Shown: piece after piece, positions 27,600 to 36,891 of the stretch | Layout of the letters: each line of letters opens with the position of its first letter | How positions within the stretch are numbered: position 1 is the first letter of the stretch | Source: Bacteroidales bacterium | Lineage (GTDB): Bacteria > Bacteroidota > Bacteroidia > Bacteroidales > VadinHA17 | Assembly: GCA_046706305.1 (NCBI GenBank) | Contig: JBJKPQ010000162.1 | Location: 13,381-77,380 of the forward strand | DNA: 64,000 bases | Direction: 5' to 3' | Program-made: the position numbers and the translations under genes | Notes under the pieces: generated by a model | Seen by the model: the letters and a program-made list of their open reading frames with translations, nothing else | Database searches by the model: none | Told to the model about the DNA's origin: nothing

Positions 27600-29585
27600 C
27601 TAATTTATCTTAACATCACCAAGAGAGTTGTTTGAATAAGTGTTCTGGTCAAGAACAGGATTTACTCCGACTCCCAGCCATAACCCCCATGCTTCTGAGT
27701 ACGAGAAGGTGCAATTGGTGATGGTTGGTATTCCATCAGGTGTCTGCAGGCATGATACCAGTCCGGATTGTGACGAATACCCGCCTCCGTATGAAAAGTC
27801 GCAATAGTTAAGTACTGAACCATTGGCTGTACCATCGTCGAAGAAGATACCTTCCCACTGTCCGGGTGATTCACTTCCGGTGGCTGCACTTGTTGTAAAG
27901 GTAATCCTGTCCGTTGAAGTACCGTTCGCCACAAGTACCCCGTACTGGTTTGTACTGTAACCCACTCTGAATGCACCCTGCTGCTCCAGTTTTATTGTAG
28001 TACCTGCCTCTATTGTAAGTTTGGCAGTTGTCGGGCTCTGAACATAAATAGTACTTGTAATAACATATGGGCATGTTTGTTTAAGCCAGGTCTCATCGGC
28101 ACGATCGTAGGTGTCACCATTTACTTCAATACCCATGGTGCTTTCAATGTTATTACCTGCTCCGATTGTGTGAACATTATTGGAAAAGACACTCATAGCA
28201 AAATTATTATTATCGTGCAGGTGGTTGTTGGTGAATGAGCTGAATAATCCCTTGATGCCTGCTCTTATCCCGTAACTGTCGGCGTAGCTGACTTCGCAGT
28301 TCTCCATGGTGATCGAGCAGTTATCCACTACAACCATTCCTTCCGATGAACTGTAACCACCACCATATTCAATATTACAGTATTTAAGGGAAGTATTGGA
28401 GCTTGTACCATTATAGAAGCCGATCCGGTCCCAGCTGCCCGGAGCCTTGTTTGTCCAGGCCGAAGTTATTACTATGGGTTCTGTTGCGGTACCTACCGCG
28501 ATAAGAGTTGCAACAGAGCTTGAAGAATAGGCAACCAAAATACTTGTGTTCGATTCAAGGGCAAGAGTAACCCCGGGAGATAAAGTCAGGGTTGAGCCCG
28601 TTCCATTTCCTATATATATGTCTCCCGTAACAATATACTGAACTCCATGGTTCAACCATGTTGCATTATCAAGATCAAAGTCACCGCTTTTTATTTCTAT
28701 ATCCTGTCCGGTGGCAATGTTATTGTTTGTGCCTATAGTTGATACGGCATCGGGGAATACCCTTATTGAGAAATTGGCACAATTGTCAATACTGTTGTTT
28801 GTAAATGATTCAAAATATCCGGTACCATCAACATTGATCCCTGAAGAAGCACTGTATGAGATATCACAGTTTTCAATTGTTACTGATGTGGATCCCAGGT
28901 TTATCATAGAGCTTGAATTGCTGTAACCACCCCCGAAACTTATCTGGCAATAAGTCATACTAGATGTTGTCATTGCCCCGTCGTCAAAGCTTATCATGTC
29001 CCAGTCGCCTGGCGAGGGAATGTCTGCACTGGATGTGAAGATAATCGGCTTATCCTGTGTTCCGTCTGCTATCATTGCGGAGTTGTCATATCCCTGTCCT
29101 ATTATGAGAGATGTCCCTTCCTGAAACTTAACAACAGCTCCCGGCTTGACAGTCAGTATTGCCCCTTCAACATAAACGGTACTCGTAATCAGATGGATTC
29201 CTTCATCCCATGTCTCATCAGCATCTATTACACCGGAATGTTCCGTTACCAGAGAGGGTGCAATTGTAAGACCGGATGTCCTTGTGGCGGTATTCCCGTC
29301 TGCGTCAGTTACTATGAGAACTACATCGTATAATCCTGCAGATGCATATACATGGCCGGGATTAACATCAGTTGAATGTGACCCGTCTCCGAAATCCCAG
29401 TAATACGACTGGGCTGCTTTGGAACAAGAAGAACTGAATGTAACACTTGTCCCGGCATTAATAACTTCAGGCGATGTTGTGAAACATGCTTCAAGCCCGC
29501 TTGAGTTATTCTTTGTCTGATCCTCACAGCCAATAAGCGCAAGAAGGATCAATGCTAAAAAAGAGATACGTTTTACTAACATCAT
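27600..29585 (-). CDS. Lipoprotein with PKD domain and three tandem ~180-aa parallel beta-helix-like modules
   Basis: Lipobox MMLVKRISFLALILLALIGC (start moved to 29585). PKD motif WDFGDGS..NP.H.Y...G.Y.V.L.V.D. Three repeats each carry ETW, I.FTS, PG.W..I.F.DG, YC.I.YGGGYS, ENC..SYS and F.SFTNN. Confidence 0.75.
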   Translation of the reverse strand: MMLVKRISFLALILLALIGCEDQTKNNSSGLEACFTTSPEVINAGTSVTFSSSCSKAAQSYYWDFGDGSHSTDVNPGHVYASAGLYDVVLIVTDADGNTATRTSGLTIAPSLVTEHSGVIDADETWDEGIHLITSTVYVEGAILTVKPGAVVKFQEGTSLIIGQGYDNSAMIADGTQDKPIIFTSSADIPSPGDWDMISFDDGAMTTSSMTYCQISFGGGYSNSSSMINLGSTSVTIENCDISYSASSGINVDGTGYFESFTNNSIDNCANFSIRVFPDAVSTIGTNNNIATGQDIEIKSGDFDLDNATWLNHGVQYIVTGDIYIGNGTGSTLTLSPGVTLALESNTSILVAYSSSSVATLIAVGTATEPIVITSAWTNKAPGSWDRIGFYNGTSSNTSLKYCNIEYGGGYSSSEGMVVVDNCSITMENCEVSYADSYGIRAGIKGLFSSFTNNHLHDNNNFAMSVFSNNVHTIGAGNNIESTMGIEVNGDTYDRADETWLKQTCPYVITSTIYVQSPTTAKLTIEAGTTIKLEQQGAFRVGYSTNQYGVLVANGTSTDRITFTTSAATGSESPGQWEGIFFDDGTANGSVLNYCDFSYGGGYSSQSGLVSCLQTPDGIPTITNCTFSYSEAWGLWLGVGVNPVLDQNTYSNNSLGDVKIN

Positions 29586-29680
29586 AGTGAAATGATTAGG
29601 TTTAACAATGAAAGGCTGCAAGATAAGCAGACAGTAATACCGAAAATTGTAAAAAATCGGCATTTGCTTATTCAGACTAT

Positions 29681-30508
29681 TTAAAGATTAGCATGTTTCC
29701 CGGAATAGAAACTAACCGATAAATGAGTGTTTGAAAAGAATTCTCCCGGAGTCTCTCCCGTAAAAGCAGAAAACTCCCTTATCAGGTGAGCCTGATCGTA
29801 ATATCCGCATTCATAAACAATGTCCTGCCATGAAGTGCTTTTGCCTGACTGTAATAAGCGGAAAACATGGTTGAACCTCATTATTTTGGCATAATATTTT
29901 GGAGTGAAACCTGTCTGTTTCCTGAAATTTCGTTCAAGGGATGATATACTTATCCCGGCATTATCAGCCAGGTCAGATATGTTTACATCGCCACCGCTGA
30001 TTATTATTTTATTCTGGGCATTTTCTATCTGCAAGTTCCTTCTGATCACCGTGGCAGTAAATCTTTCCAAAAGGAAATGGTTTACCCTTTTAACCTTGTT
30101 TGTAATATCTGTTATCGATTGTATATCGTACATGAGACGATCCGTTCCAGGCCCCAATAGCTGCCCGGCATCGACGGTTAAATTTATAAGTTCATGAGAT
30201 GGAGTTTTGAGAAAGTGGTAAAGCCCTGAAGGATAAAAATTTACAGCTATGGTTCCTATATTCCCCAGCCCTTCAATAATAACGGGCTGATCAGTAAGTC
30301 CGGCAATAAACATTCCTGGAAGAACCCTTGTACCGTTTACCCCGTCAGTTTGAAGACATGGATCCTTATAATGCATTATAAGACCGGCAAAGCCATAAGG
30401 TACTATCTTGTGTCCGCCGCGATTTTCCGACGTGTTTACTTCCATGACCTGTATGGAATGTATGAAGGGCTTTAATAGTTGAGGAGGACTGAAAACTTTA
30501 AAAAACAT
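29681..30508 (-). CDS. AraC/XylS-family transcriptional regulator
   Basis: C-terminal double HTH (..ISDLADNAGISISSLERNFRKQTGFTPKYYAKIMRFN..GYYDQAHLIREF..TGETP). The ORF-track start is TTG, so I prefer the ATG at 30508. Confidence 0.85.
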   Translation of the reverse strand: MFFKVFSPPQLLKPFIHSIQVMEVNTSENRGGHKIVPYGFAGLIMHYKDPCLQTDGVNGTRVLPGMFIAGLTDQPVIIEGLGNIGTIAVNFYPSGLYHFLKTPSHELINLTVDAGQLLGPGTDRLMYDIQSITDITNKVKRVNHFLLERFTATVIRRNLQIENAQNKIIISGGDVNISDLADNAGISISSLERNFRKQTGFTPKYYAKIMRFNHVFRLLQSGKSTSWQDIVYECGYYDQAHLIREFSAFTGETPGEFFSNTHLSVSFYSGKHANL

Positions 30509-30777
30509 GAACAAAAACAACAATTTAATTTTAAACCACTGATTACCGTTGCCTGAACAGACTTCCGGAAACAGTTGATTGATTGGTTATTTATATACTC
30601 CCTCTAACATATTTAATTTATTGCATAATTAAATGTAAAATGATTATTACAAGCTATTTTAAATACTAAAGGAAATTTTTTTATAAAAGATATTACCAGT
30701 TGCATTCGCCGGGACAGAAGTTGTACCTCTATATCATTTCAAAATCATTAAATTTGGTCTTAGAAAAAAGACACCCG

Positions 30778-31296
30778 ATGGAATATTCAGAATTAATAAG
30801 ACTTCGCGAGAGTGTACGTAATTATGATCCCGCCAAACCGGTACCTCATGATATTATAGCAAAGATACTGGATGCAGGACGTGTGGCTCCTTCGGCGAGC
30901 AATTTGCAACCCTGGAAATTTCTTGTTATTTCTTCCCCTGAGATGCTTGACAGGATAAGGAAATGTTACAGGAGGGATTGGTTTGCCAATGCTCCCCATG
31001 TGCTTGTTGTGACAGGAGAAAAAAATCATGCATGGGTACGCAGATATGACGGGTACAATTCACTTGAGACAGACCTGGCAATAGCTATGACTCATATTGT
31101 TCTTGCCGCCACAGACGAAGGGGTGGGAACTTGCTGGATAGCAGCCTATGATCCTGAAATACTTGGAGAAGTTTTGGGACTGGATGATAATTTTAAGGTA
31201 TATTCAATTACCCCGCTTGGTTATCCTGAGGATGGATACCAGAAACCTGCCAGAAGGGAAAGAAAGCCGCTTGACGAAATTGTGGAATATCTCTAG
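30778..31296 (+). CDS. Nitroreductase-family FMN oxidoreductase
   Basis: R.S.R.Y and AP.SASNLQPWKF motifs. Start moved to the ATG at 30778 (MEYSELIRLRESVRNY). Confidence 0.85.
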   Translation: MEYSELIRLRESVRNYDPAKPVPHDIIAKILDAGRVAPSASNLQPWKFLVISSPEMLDRIRKCYRRDWFANAPHVLVVTGEKNHAWVRRYDGYNSLETDLAIAMTHIVLAATDEGVGTCWIAAYDPEILGEVLGLDDNFKVYSITPLGYPEDGYQKPARRERKPLDEIVEYL

Positions 31297-31327
31297 GTGC
31301 CGTGTGTGGAACCATGTCATTCTTGGT

Positions 31328-31347
31328 CTCCCGAAAGCTTTCGGGAG
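31328..31347 (+). terminator. Perfect 20-nt palindrome downstream of the nitroreductase gene
   Basis: CTCCCGAAAG/CTTTCGGGAG forms an 8-bp GC-rich stem with a GAAAGC-type loop, 32 nt after the stop. No U-tract follows, so terminator function is uncertain. Confidence 0.4.
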
Positions 31348-31623
31348 GGCCTCCGGCAGTCATTCATGATCATTATTCATATAATAAAAACCAATAACCA
31401 TTGAATAACCATAAAGTGGCGACCGAATGACTACTAATTATCCCTGTTAATAAAAAGCGCTTTGTTTTCTGAAATCCCCGTCCGGCATCTTCCCATTAAA
31501 ATAAATTTGACAAAAGGTTATTGTAAATGTATTTTTACATTATAAGTTGATTTATAATGTTTATAACGAGCTATTGCTAAATCTTTCTTTTAATATCCTG
31601 AGTTTAACAAATATTTGAATGAT

Positions 31624-32937
31624 ATGGGACATTTAGTTGGAAAAGATGTTTACAAAAGCCTTGGGGATAAACTTGATAATCTGTCAGTCAGGGTCAATAA
31701 GAATAAGGTGCTTTATAATATACTGAAGGAGTTATATTCCCCTGAAGAAGCTCAACTGGTTGCAGGTATGCCATATACACTGTCTCCTTCTGATGAAATT
31801 GCCAGGTCTGCAGGAATTGAAAAAAGCAAATTAAGATCCATCCTGGATAGCCTGTGTGATAAAGGGCTTGTAATGGATTTATGGATAGAAGACAGATATT
31901 TTTATATGCCCTCACCCATGTTTGTCGGCATTTTTGAGTTTACAATGATGAGGACGGGCCCTGATGTTGATTCAAAAAAACTGGCAAAACTCTTTTCTGA
32001 GTATATGAACGATGAAAAATCAGTTAAGATCAATTTTGGATCAGGACAACAGATATCTCCTCTCAGAACCATGCCTCATGAAGGCACAATACTTGAAACA
32101 GATTATACCGAAGTACTGGATTATGAAAAGGCTACGTCGCTAGTTGAATCAAACCAGAAGTTCGCTGTTGGTTTATGTTCCTGCCGTCATGAGAAGCTGC
32201 ATTCCGGAGAAAAGAAATGTGAAGTTCCGCTGGATACATGTATTACATTCGGAGAGTCTACAGATTATATGGTAAAGCACAACTTTGCAAAAGCTGCAAC
32301 AAGGAGCCAGGTTCTTGAAAATATTGCAAGGTCAAGGGAAATGGGTCTGGTATTTAGTTGTGATAATGTCAGGAATAATGTCTCTTTCCTGTGCCAGTGC
32401 TGTGGCTGTTGCTGCAATGTACTGCTTGGTCTTACAAGGTTTGGTTATCCGAACGCAGTTGTTACTTCCAGTTTTATTGCAAGTGTCAATAATGTTACAT
32501 GCGACGGGTGTGGTAAATGTGCGAAAGCATGTCCGATAAATGCTATCGAAATGATTCCTGCAGGAGATAATGGGACACGTAAAAGAAAAGTAGCGAAAAT
32601 AAATACAGGAATCTGCATCGGGTGCGGCGTATGTTCCTTACAGTGTACAAAAACAGGTTCTCTGAAATTAATCAAACGGAAAGAGAGAGTTATTCATCCT
32701 GAGACAACTTTTGAGAGAATCATTTTACAATGTCTGGAGCGCGGCACACTTCAACATCAGATTTTTGGAAATCCGGAAAAAATATCCCAGAAAATGATGA
32801 AGGGATTAGTTGGTGGATTTCTTAGACTCACACCCGTAAAAAGAGCTCTGATGAGTGAGAAGCTGAGGTCTTCATTTCTGGATGCCATGAAAAAAGGAAC
32901 TGTTAAGCAAAATAAAGGATTTATTCTGGAAATTTAG
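31624..32937 (+). CDS. Iron-sulfur protein: N-terminal wHTH-like region, Cys-rich core and 2x[4Fe-4S] ferredoxin domain
   Basis: CDGCGKCAKACP and CIGCGVCSLQCT ferredoxin motifs, plus CSCRHEK..C.....C and the dense cluster CQCCGCCC. The ORF-track start at 31615 is TTG; an ATG lies at 31624. Confidence 0.7.
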   Translation: MGHLVGKDVYKSLGDKLDNLSVRVNKNKVLYNILKELYSPEEAQLVAGMPYTLSPSDEIARSAGIEKSKLRSILDSLCDKGLVMDLWIEDRYFYMPSPMFVGIFEFTMMRTGPDVDSKKLAKLFSEYMNDEKSVKINFGSGQQISPLRTMPHEGTILETDYTEVLDYEKATSLVESNQKFAVGLCSCRHEKLHSGEKKCEVPLDTCITFGESTDYMVKHNFAKAATRSQVLENIARSREMGLVFSCDNVRNNVSFLCQCCGCCCNVLLGLTRFGYPNAVVTSSFIASVNNVTCDGCGKCAKACPINAIEMIPAGDNGTRKRKVAKINTGICIGCGVCSLQCTKTGSLKLIKRKERVIHPETTFERIILQCLERGTLQHQIFGNPEKISQKMMKGLVGGFLRLTPVKRALMSEKLRSSFLDAMKKGTVKQNKGFILEI

Positions 32938-33028
32938 CCTTATCGCCGGCTCGTGGAAGGGCTGAAAAAAAGGATCAGCATAAATAAAATAAAAAACCCT
33001 CATTCGCCAAGGCTACAGAGGGCGGATG

Positions 33029-33102
33029 TGGAGATTACCGGAATCGAACCGGTGACCTTGTGACTGCCAGTCACACGCTCTAGCCAACTGAGCTAAACCC
33101 CC
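33029..33102 (-). tRNA. tRNA-Ala (anticodon GGC)
   Basis: Minus strand folds as GGGGGTT TA GCTC AGTTGGCTA GAGC G TGTGA CTGGCAG TCACA AGGTC ACCGG TTCGATT CCGGT AATCTCC A. The G3:U70 alanine identity pair is present and CCA is not encoded. Confidence 0.9.
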
Positions 33103-33115
33103 ATTATTGTGATGC

Positions 33116-33123
33116 CAAATGTA
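33116..33123 (-). promoter_or_regulatory. Candidate -7 box (TACATTTG) for tRNA-Ala
   Basis: The minus strand reads TACATTTG (TAnnTTTG), ending 13 nt upstream of the tRNA 5' end. Confidence 0.5.
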
Positions 33124-33356
33124 AGAAAAAATTGAAAATAATAAAACACTTACAAAACTGTATATTATTTGTTTTGGCATAAATACACTATTTAGTAATT
33201 TTGCTCGTCTGTTACATTACAGGTTTAATAATACAGCCAGGGTATCAAATTGTGGCTGCTGTTTATTATGGATTTAGGAAAAAATTTTGGGCAGGTACTT
33301 CTTATCATTCACTTTTACCTTTAAGTGGTTTTAAGCAGGCATAATCAACCATATAT

Positions 33357-34145
33357 ATGTTTGATAATCTTAGGCATGTTCTTGATTTTGATGATCTGCT
33401 GTTTGAAAAGCGGAATAAGGAATATGGTGCTTATCAGCTCAGGAAGAAATATAATGGAGTTGTGTTTGCTTCAATAATCATTGCTTCCCTGATTGTCAGT
33501 TCACTTGTAGTTATTCCTTTTGTATTATCCAGGCATAATGACCGTGTTCTCGGAGGAGGCGGTCGTTATGTGACAGTTAACATGGATCACTTTGAACCAC
33601 CTGCCGACCAGATATTTGTACCTCCTGCACCCCCGCCTCCCGGCGCTAAACGGCCCCAGGATATAGTTAAGTATATCCCGCCGGAGATCGTCGACAGTGT
33701 CAAACCAATAGAGAACCTGCTTCCAACAGCAGACGAAGCACTTGATCAGACAGATGTTGATATAAAGGAAATAACAGGAAGTGGTGCAGGCGATAATATA
33801 ATACCCGGAGAAGGAGGTGAGGGATCCGATCAGCCTTTCTTTTTTGTTGAGGTGATGCCTTCATTCAGGGGAGGGGATATAAATAAATTCAGGCAATGGG
33901 TGCAGATGAGAACCAACTACCCCCAGGAAGCTGTGGAAAAAAGGATTAAAGGAAGGGTTTACCTTACTTTTATAGTCGAGAAGGATGGATCAGTTTCACA
34001 TGTGTCGGTTGTAAAGGGAGTTGATCCGCTGATTGATAATGAAGCTGTAAAGGTTATCCAGTCATCGCCCAAATGGTCGCCGGGTTTGCAAAGAGGGCAT
34101 CCGGTGAGGGTAAGATATTCCATATCACTTCTTTTTGCTTTCTGA
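33357..34145 (+). CDS. TonB-family energy transducer
   Basis: N-terminal anchor helix, Pro-rich spacer (PPAPPPPGAKRP) and TonB C-terminal domain (..MPSFRGG..YP.EA....I.GRVYLTFIVEKDGSVS.V.VVKGVDP.LD.EA.....SSPKW.PG...G.PVRV). Confidence 0.85.
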   Translation: MFDNLRHVLDFDDLLFEKRNKEYGAYQLRKKYNGVVFASIIIASLIVSSLVVIPFVLSRHNDRVLGGGGRYVTVNMDHFEPPADQIFVPPAPPPPGAKRPQDIVKYIPPEIVDSVKPIENLLPTADEALDQTDVDIKEITGSGAGDNIIPGEGGEGSDQPFFFVEVMPSFRGGDINKFRQWVQMRTNYPQEAVEKRIKGRVYLTFIVEKDGSVSHVSVVKGVDPLIDNEAVKVIQSSPKWSPGLQRGHPVRVRYSISLLFAF

Positions 34146-34318
34146 TTTAAATGTTTCCTGCCGATAGATTATATCACTATTTGTTTTTTGCATGTTTTTA
34201 TTACCTTTATCGGCATATAATCAGTCAAAGTATTGTAGCACAGGCATGGATGTGAAAAATTCCTTGTTTATTAACCCGCAAACCCGGGAAGTTATTTAAC
34301 AATCAATATTTAAAACCT

Positions 34319-35491
34319 ATGAGAAAAGTTGTACCCTTTTTTTTCATCTTAACCTTATTGCTTGGTGGCTGCGGTTCTTCAAAGAAACAACTGCAGCGGG
34401 GAAATTATGATGCTGCTATCGCAAAGGCTGTAAAACAGTTACGTAAGGATCCGGGCGATACTAAGCAGATAGATATTCTTACAAGGTCGTACCAGGTGGC
34501 TAACGATCAGGATAATGAGAGAGTGCGTTTTCTGAAAATGGAAAACAAACCCGGTAACTGGGATGAAATATACCTGGTCTATAAAAGGCTAAGTGACAGG
34601 CAGGCTCTGGTTAAGTCAGTAACACCTCTTAATGAAAACGGCAGGTCGGTTGATTTTCCATACGTGGATTATATGCCTGAAATGGTTAATGCCAAAAGGA
34701 AGGCAGCAGATTATTATTATGCCCATGGTATTGAATTGATGAAAAGCGGACTTAAGGATTCTTACCGCCAGGCCTATGCCGAATTTGTAAGGGCTAAGAA
34801 TTATGTAGGCGACTATGAAGGTATAGATAATATGATTCAGGAAGCCAGACTAAAGGGAATGAGCAGAGTCTTTGTATCAATAGATAATAAATCTCTTATC
34901 AAATTCCCGGAAGACTTCCAACACGACCTGCTGGCACTTGATTTTCCAAGTCTCAACTCCGACTGGGTTGAGTTCTATACCGAGAATCTGAATGGTAATA
35001 CAGAATACGATTATTTTATTAATGTGACAATTAAAAATGTCGCTGTAAGTCCTGATAATACTGTTCAAAGAGATTCAGTTATTAAAAGGGATGTGGAAGA
35101 TGGGTTTACCTATGTGCTTGACAAGAAGGGCAACGTGATGAAGGACTCACTGGGCAATGACATTAAACAAAAAAAATACAAGACTCTTCAGTGTGCTCTT
35201 GTGGAAACTATTCAAACCAAAGCATGCCGTATTGACGGCGATGTGGAACTGATCCAGGCAAACCCTGATAAAATGCTGAAAAAGGACCCGATAGGAGCTC
35301 AGTCGACATTCGAAAATATTTCATCCAGGGCCCTCGGTGACCTCGGAGCTCTTAATGCCCAGCAGGTTGAAAGAACAAAAACCTCTGTCGTGCCCTTCCC
35401 AAGTGATATCGAAATGGTTGTGCGTTGTACCGAATCGCTTAAGAAGGCAATAAGGGGTGCTATATACAGCGACAGGAGATTTATTATGTGA
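34319..35491 (+). CDS. Hypothetical lipoprotein
   Basis: 390 aa with lipobox FFILTLLLGGC. No catalytic motif recognised. Confidence 0.6.
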   Translation: MRKVVPFFFILTLLLGGCGSSKKQLQRGNYDAAIAKAVKQLRKDPGDTKQIDILTRSYQVANDQDNERVRFLKMENKPGNWDEIYLVYKRLSDRQALVKSVTPLNENGRSVDFPYVDYMPEMVNAKRKAADYYYAHGIELMKSGLKDSYRQAYAEFVRAKNYVGDYEGIDNMIQEARLKGMSRVFVSIDNKSLIKFPEDFQHDLLALDFPSLNSDWVEFYTENLNGNTEYDYFINVTIKNVAVSPDNTVQRDSVIKRDVEDGFTYVLDKKGNVMKDSLGNDIKQKKYKTLQCALVETIQTKACRIDGDVELIQANPDKMLKKDPIGAQSTFENISSRALGDLGALNAQQVERTKTSVVPFPSDIEMVVRCTESLKKAIRGAIYSDRRFIM

Positions 35492-35493
35492 GT

Positions 35494-35549
35494 AGTTAGA
35501 AGTTAAAAGTAAATAGTGAGAAGTGAGGAATGGGTAGCGAACAGGGATT
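35494..35549. repeat. Degenerate 7-nt tandem array (8 units, AGTNARN-like, purine-rich)
   Basis: agttaga agttaaa agtaaat agtgaga agtgagg aatgggt agcgaac agggatt, starting 3 nt after the lipoprotein stop. Confidence 0.7.
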
Positions 35550-35570
35550 TCTCTATTTGATCTTTAAACC

Positions 35571-35679
35571 ATTACACCATTGCGCCATTACGCCTTTACG
35601 CCATTACGCCGTTGTGCCTTTACGCCGTTACACCATTACAATTTTACACCCCTGCGTCTTACGTCTTACGCCTTATGTC
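35571..35679. repeat. 8-nt tandem array (about 11 units, NTTACRCC), decaying into three 7-nt units (TTAYGYC)
   Basis: attacacc attgcgcc attacgcc tttacgcc attacgcc gttgtgcc tttacgcc gttacacc attacaat tttacacc cctgcgtc ttacgtc ttacgcc ttatgtc. Ends 10 nt before the hflX ATG. Confidence 0.8.
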
Positions 35680-35688
35680 TTAATATAA

Positions 35689-36891
35689 ATGATAGAAACC
35701 GGAGTACCTGTGGAAAGGGCAATCCTTATAGGGATTTCATATCCCGGACAGGATGAACGTGAAGTGGATGATTTTCTTGGAGAACTTTCTTTTTTGACTG
35801 AAACAGCGGGTGCAGTTCCCGTTAAAAGATTTGTCCAGAAACTCGAGTTTCCCAATCCGCGGACCTTTGTAGGTTCGGGGAAAATTTCAGAAATATCTCT
35901 TTTTGTAAAGGAAAATAATATTGATATAGCCGTTTTTGATGATGAACTCTCGCCATCGCAGATACGGAATATTGAGAAAGAACTGGGTTGCCGTATTCTT
36001 GACAGGACAAATCTGATACTCGATATATTTGCACGCAGGGCACGTACCTCTCATGCCCGTACACAGGTTGAGCTTGCACAATACAAGTACCTGTTGCCCA
36101 GACTTACAGGCATGTGGACGCACCTCGAAAGGCAGCGTGGAGGTATCGGACTGAGGGGACCAGGGGAGACTGAGATAGAGACAGACCGGCGTATAATTCG
36201 CGACAAGATAACCTTACTGAAGGAACAGCTTAAAAAGATCGATATACAGATGGCAACAAGACGTAAGAGCAGGGGTAAAATGATCAGGGTAGCCCTTGTC
36301 GGATATACCAATGTTGGCAAATCGACAATCATGAATCTTTTAAGTAAATCTGACGTGTTTGCTGAAGATAAGCTCTTTGCCACCCTCGATACAACTGTGA
36401 GGAAGGTTGTTATTAAAAACCTTCCCTTTCTTCTTTCAGATACTGTAGGTTTCATTCGGAAACTGCCTCACGACCTTGTCGAATCATTTAAATCAACTCT
36501 TGATGAGGTCAGGGAGTCAGATCTTCTCATTCATGTTGTTGATGTGTCCCATCCCGGCTTTGAAGATCAGATTAAGGTAGTGGATGAGACGCTCAAAGAG
36601 CTGGAAGCACATAATAAACCTGCAATCATTGTCTTTAATAAGATCGATATTTTCTCATACCAGGCAAAGGATGAATACGACCTGACTCCCTACCAGAGAG
36701 AGAATTATTCTCTCGATGATCTTAAAAAGACATGGATGGCCGCAGATAAATATCATAACACTGTTTTTGTTTCGGCCAGGTTAAAAGAGAATGTGGAAGA
36801 ATTACGTAACCTGCTCTACGAAGAAGTCAGGAAGTTACATGTGAAAAGGTATCCATATAACGAGTTCCTCTATGAGACAGGAGATCAGTAA
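35689..36891 (+). CDS. hflX: GTPase HflX
   Basis: 400 aa. HflX N-terminal domain (..RTNLILDIFA.RA.T..A..QVELAQ..Y.LPRL) and G domain motifs GYTNVGKST and DTVGFI. Confidence 0.92.
   Translation: MIETGVPVERAILIGISYPGQDEREVDDFLGELSFLTETAGAVPVKRFVQKLEFPNPRTFVGSGKISEISLFVKENNIDIAVFDDELSPSQIRNIEKELGCRILDRTNLILDIFARRARTSHARTQVELAQYKYLLPRLTGMWTHLERQRGGIGLRGPGETEIETDRRIIRDKITLLKEQLKKIDIQMATRRKSRGKMIRVALVGYTNVGKSTIMNLLSKSDVFAEDKLFATLDTTVRKVVIKNLPFLLSDTVGFIRKLPHDLVESFKSTLDEVRESDLLIHVVDVSHPGFEDQIKVVDETLKELEAHNKPAIIVFNKIDIFSYQAKDEYDLTPYQRENYSLDDLKKTWMAADKYHNTVFVSARLKENVEELRNLLYEEVRKLHVKRYPYNEFLYETGDQ

Noticed and set aside
35571-35679. Considered whether the periodic repeats upstream of hflX could be a degenerate CRISPR array.
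   Set aside because: The units are only 7-8 nt long and directly abut each other without spacers. No cas genes are present anywhere in the window.
36885-36891. A 7-nt convergent overlap of the hflX and asd stop regions.
   Set aside because: Small tail-to-tail overlaps are common and imply nothing beyond compact gene packing.
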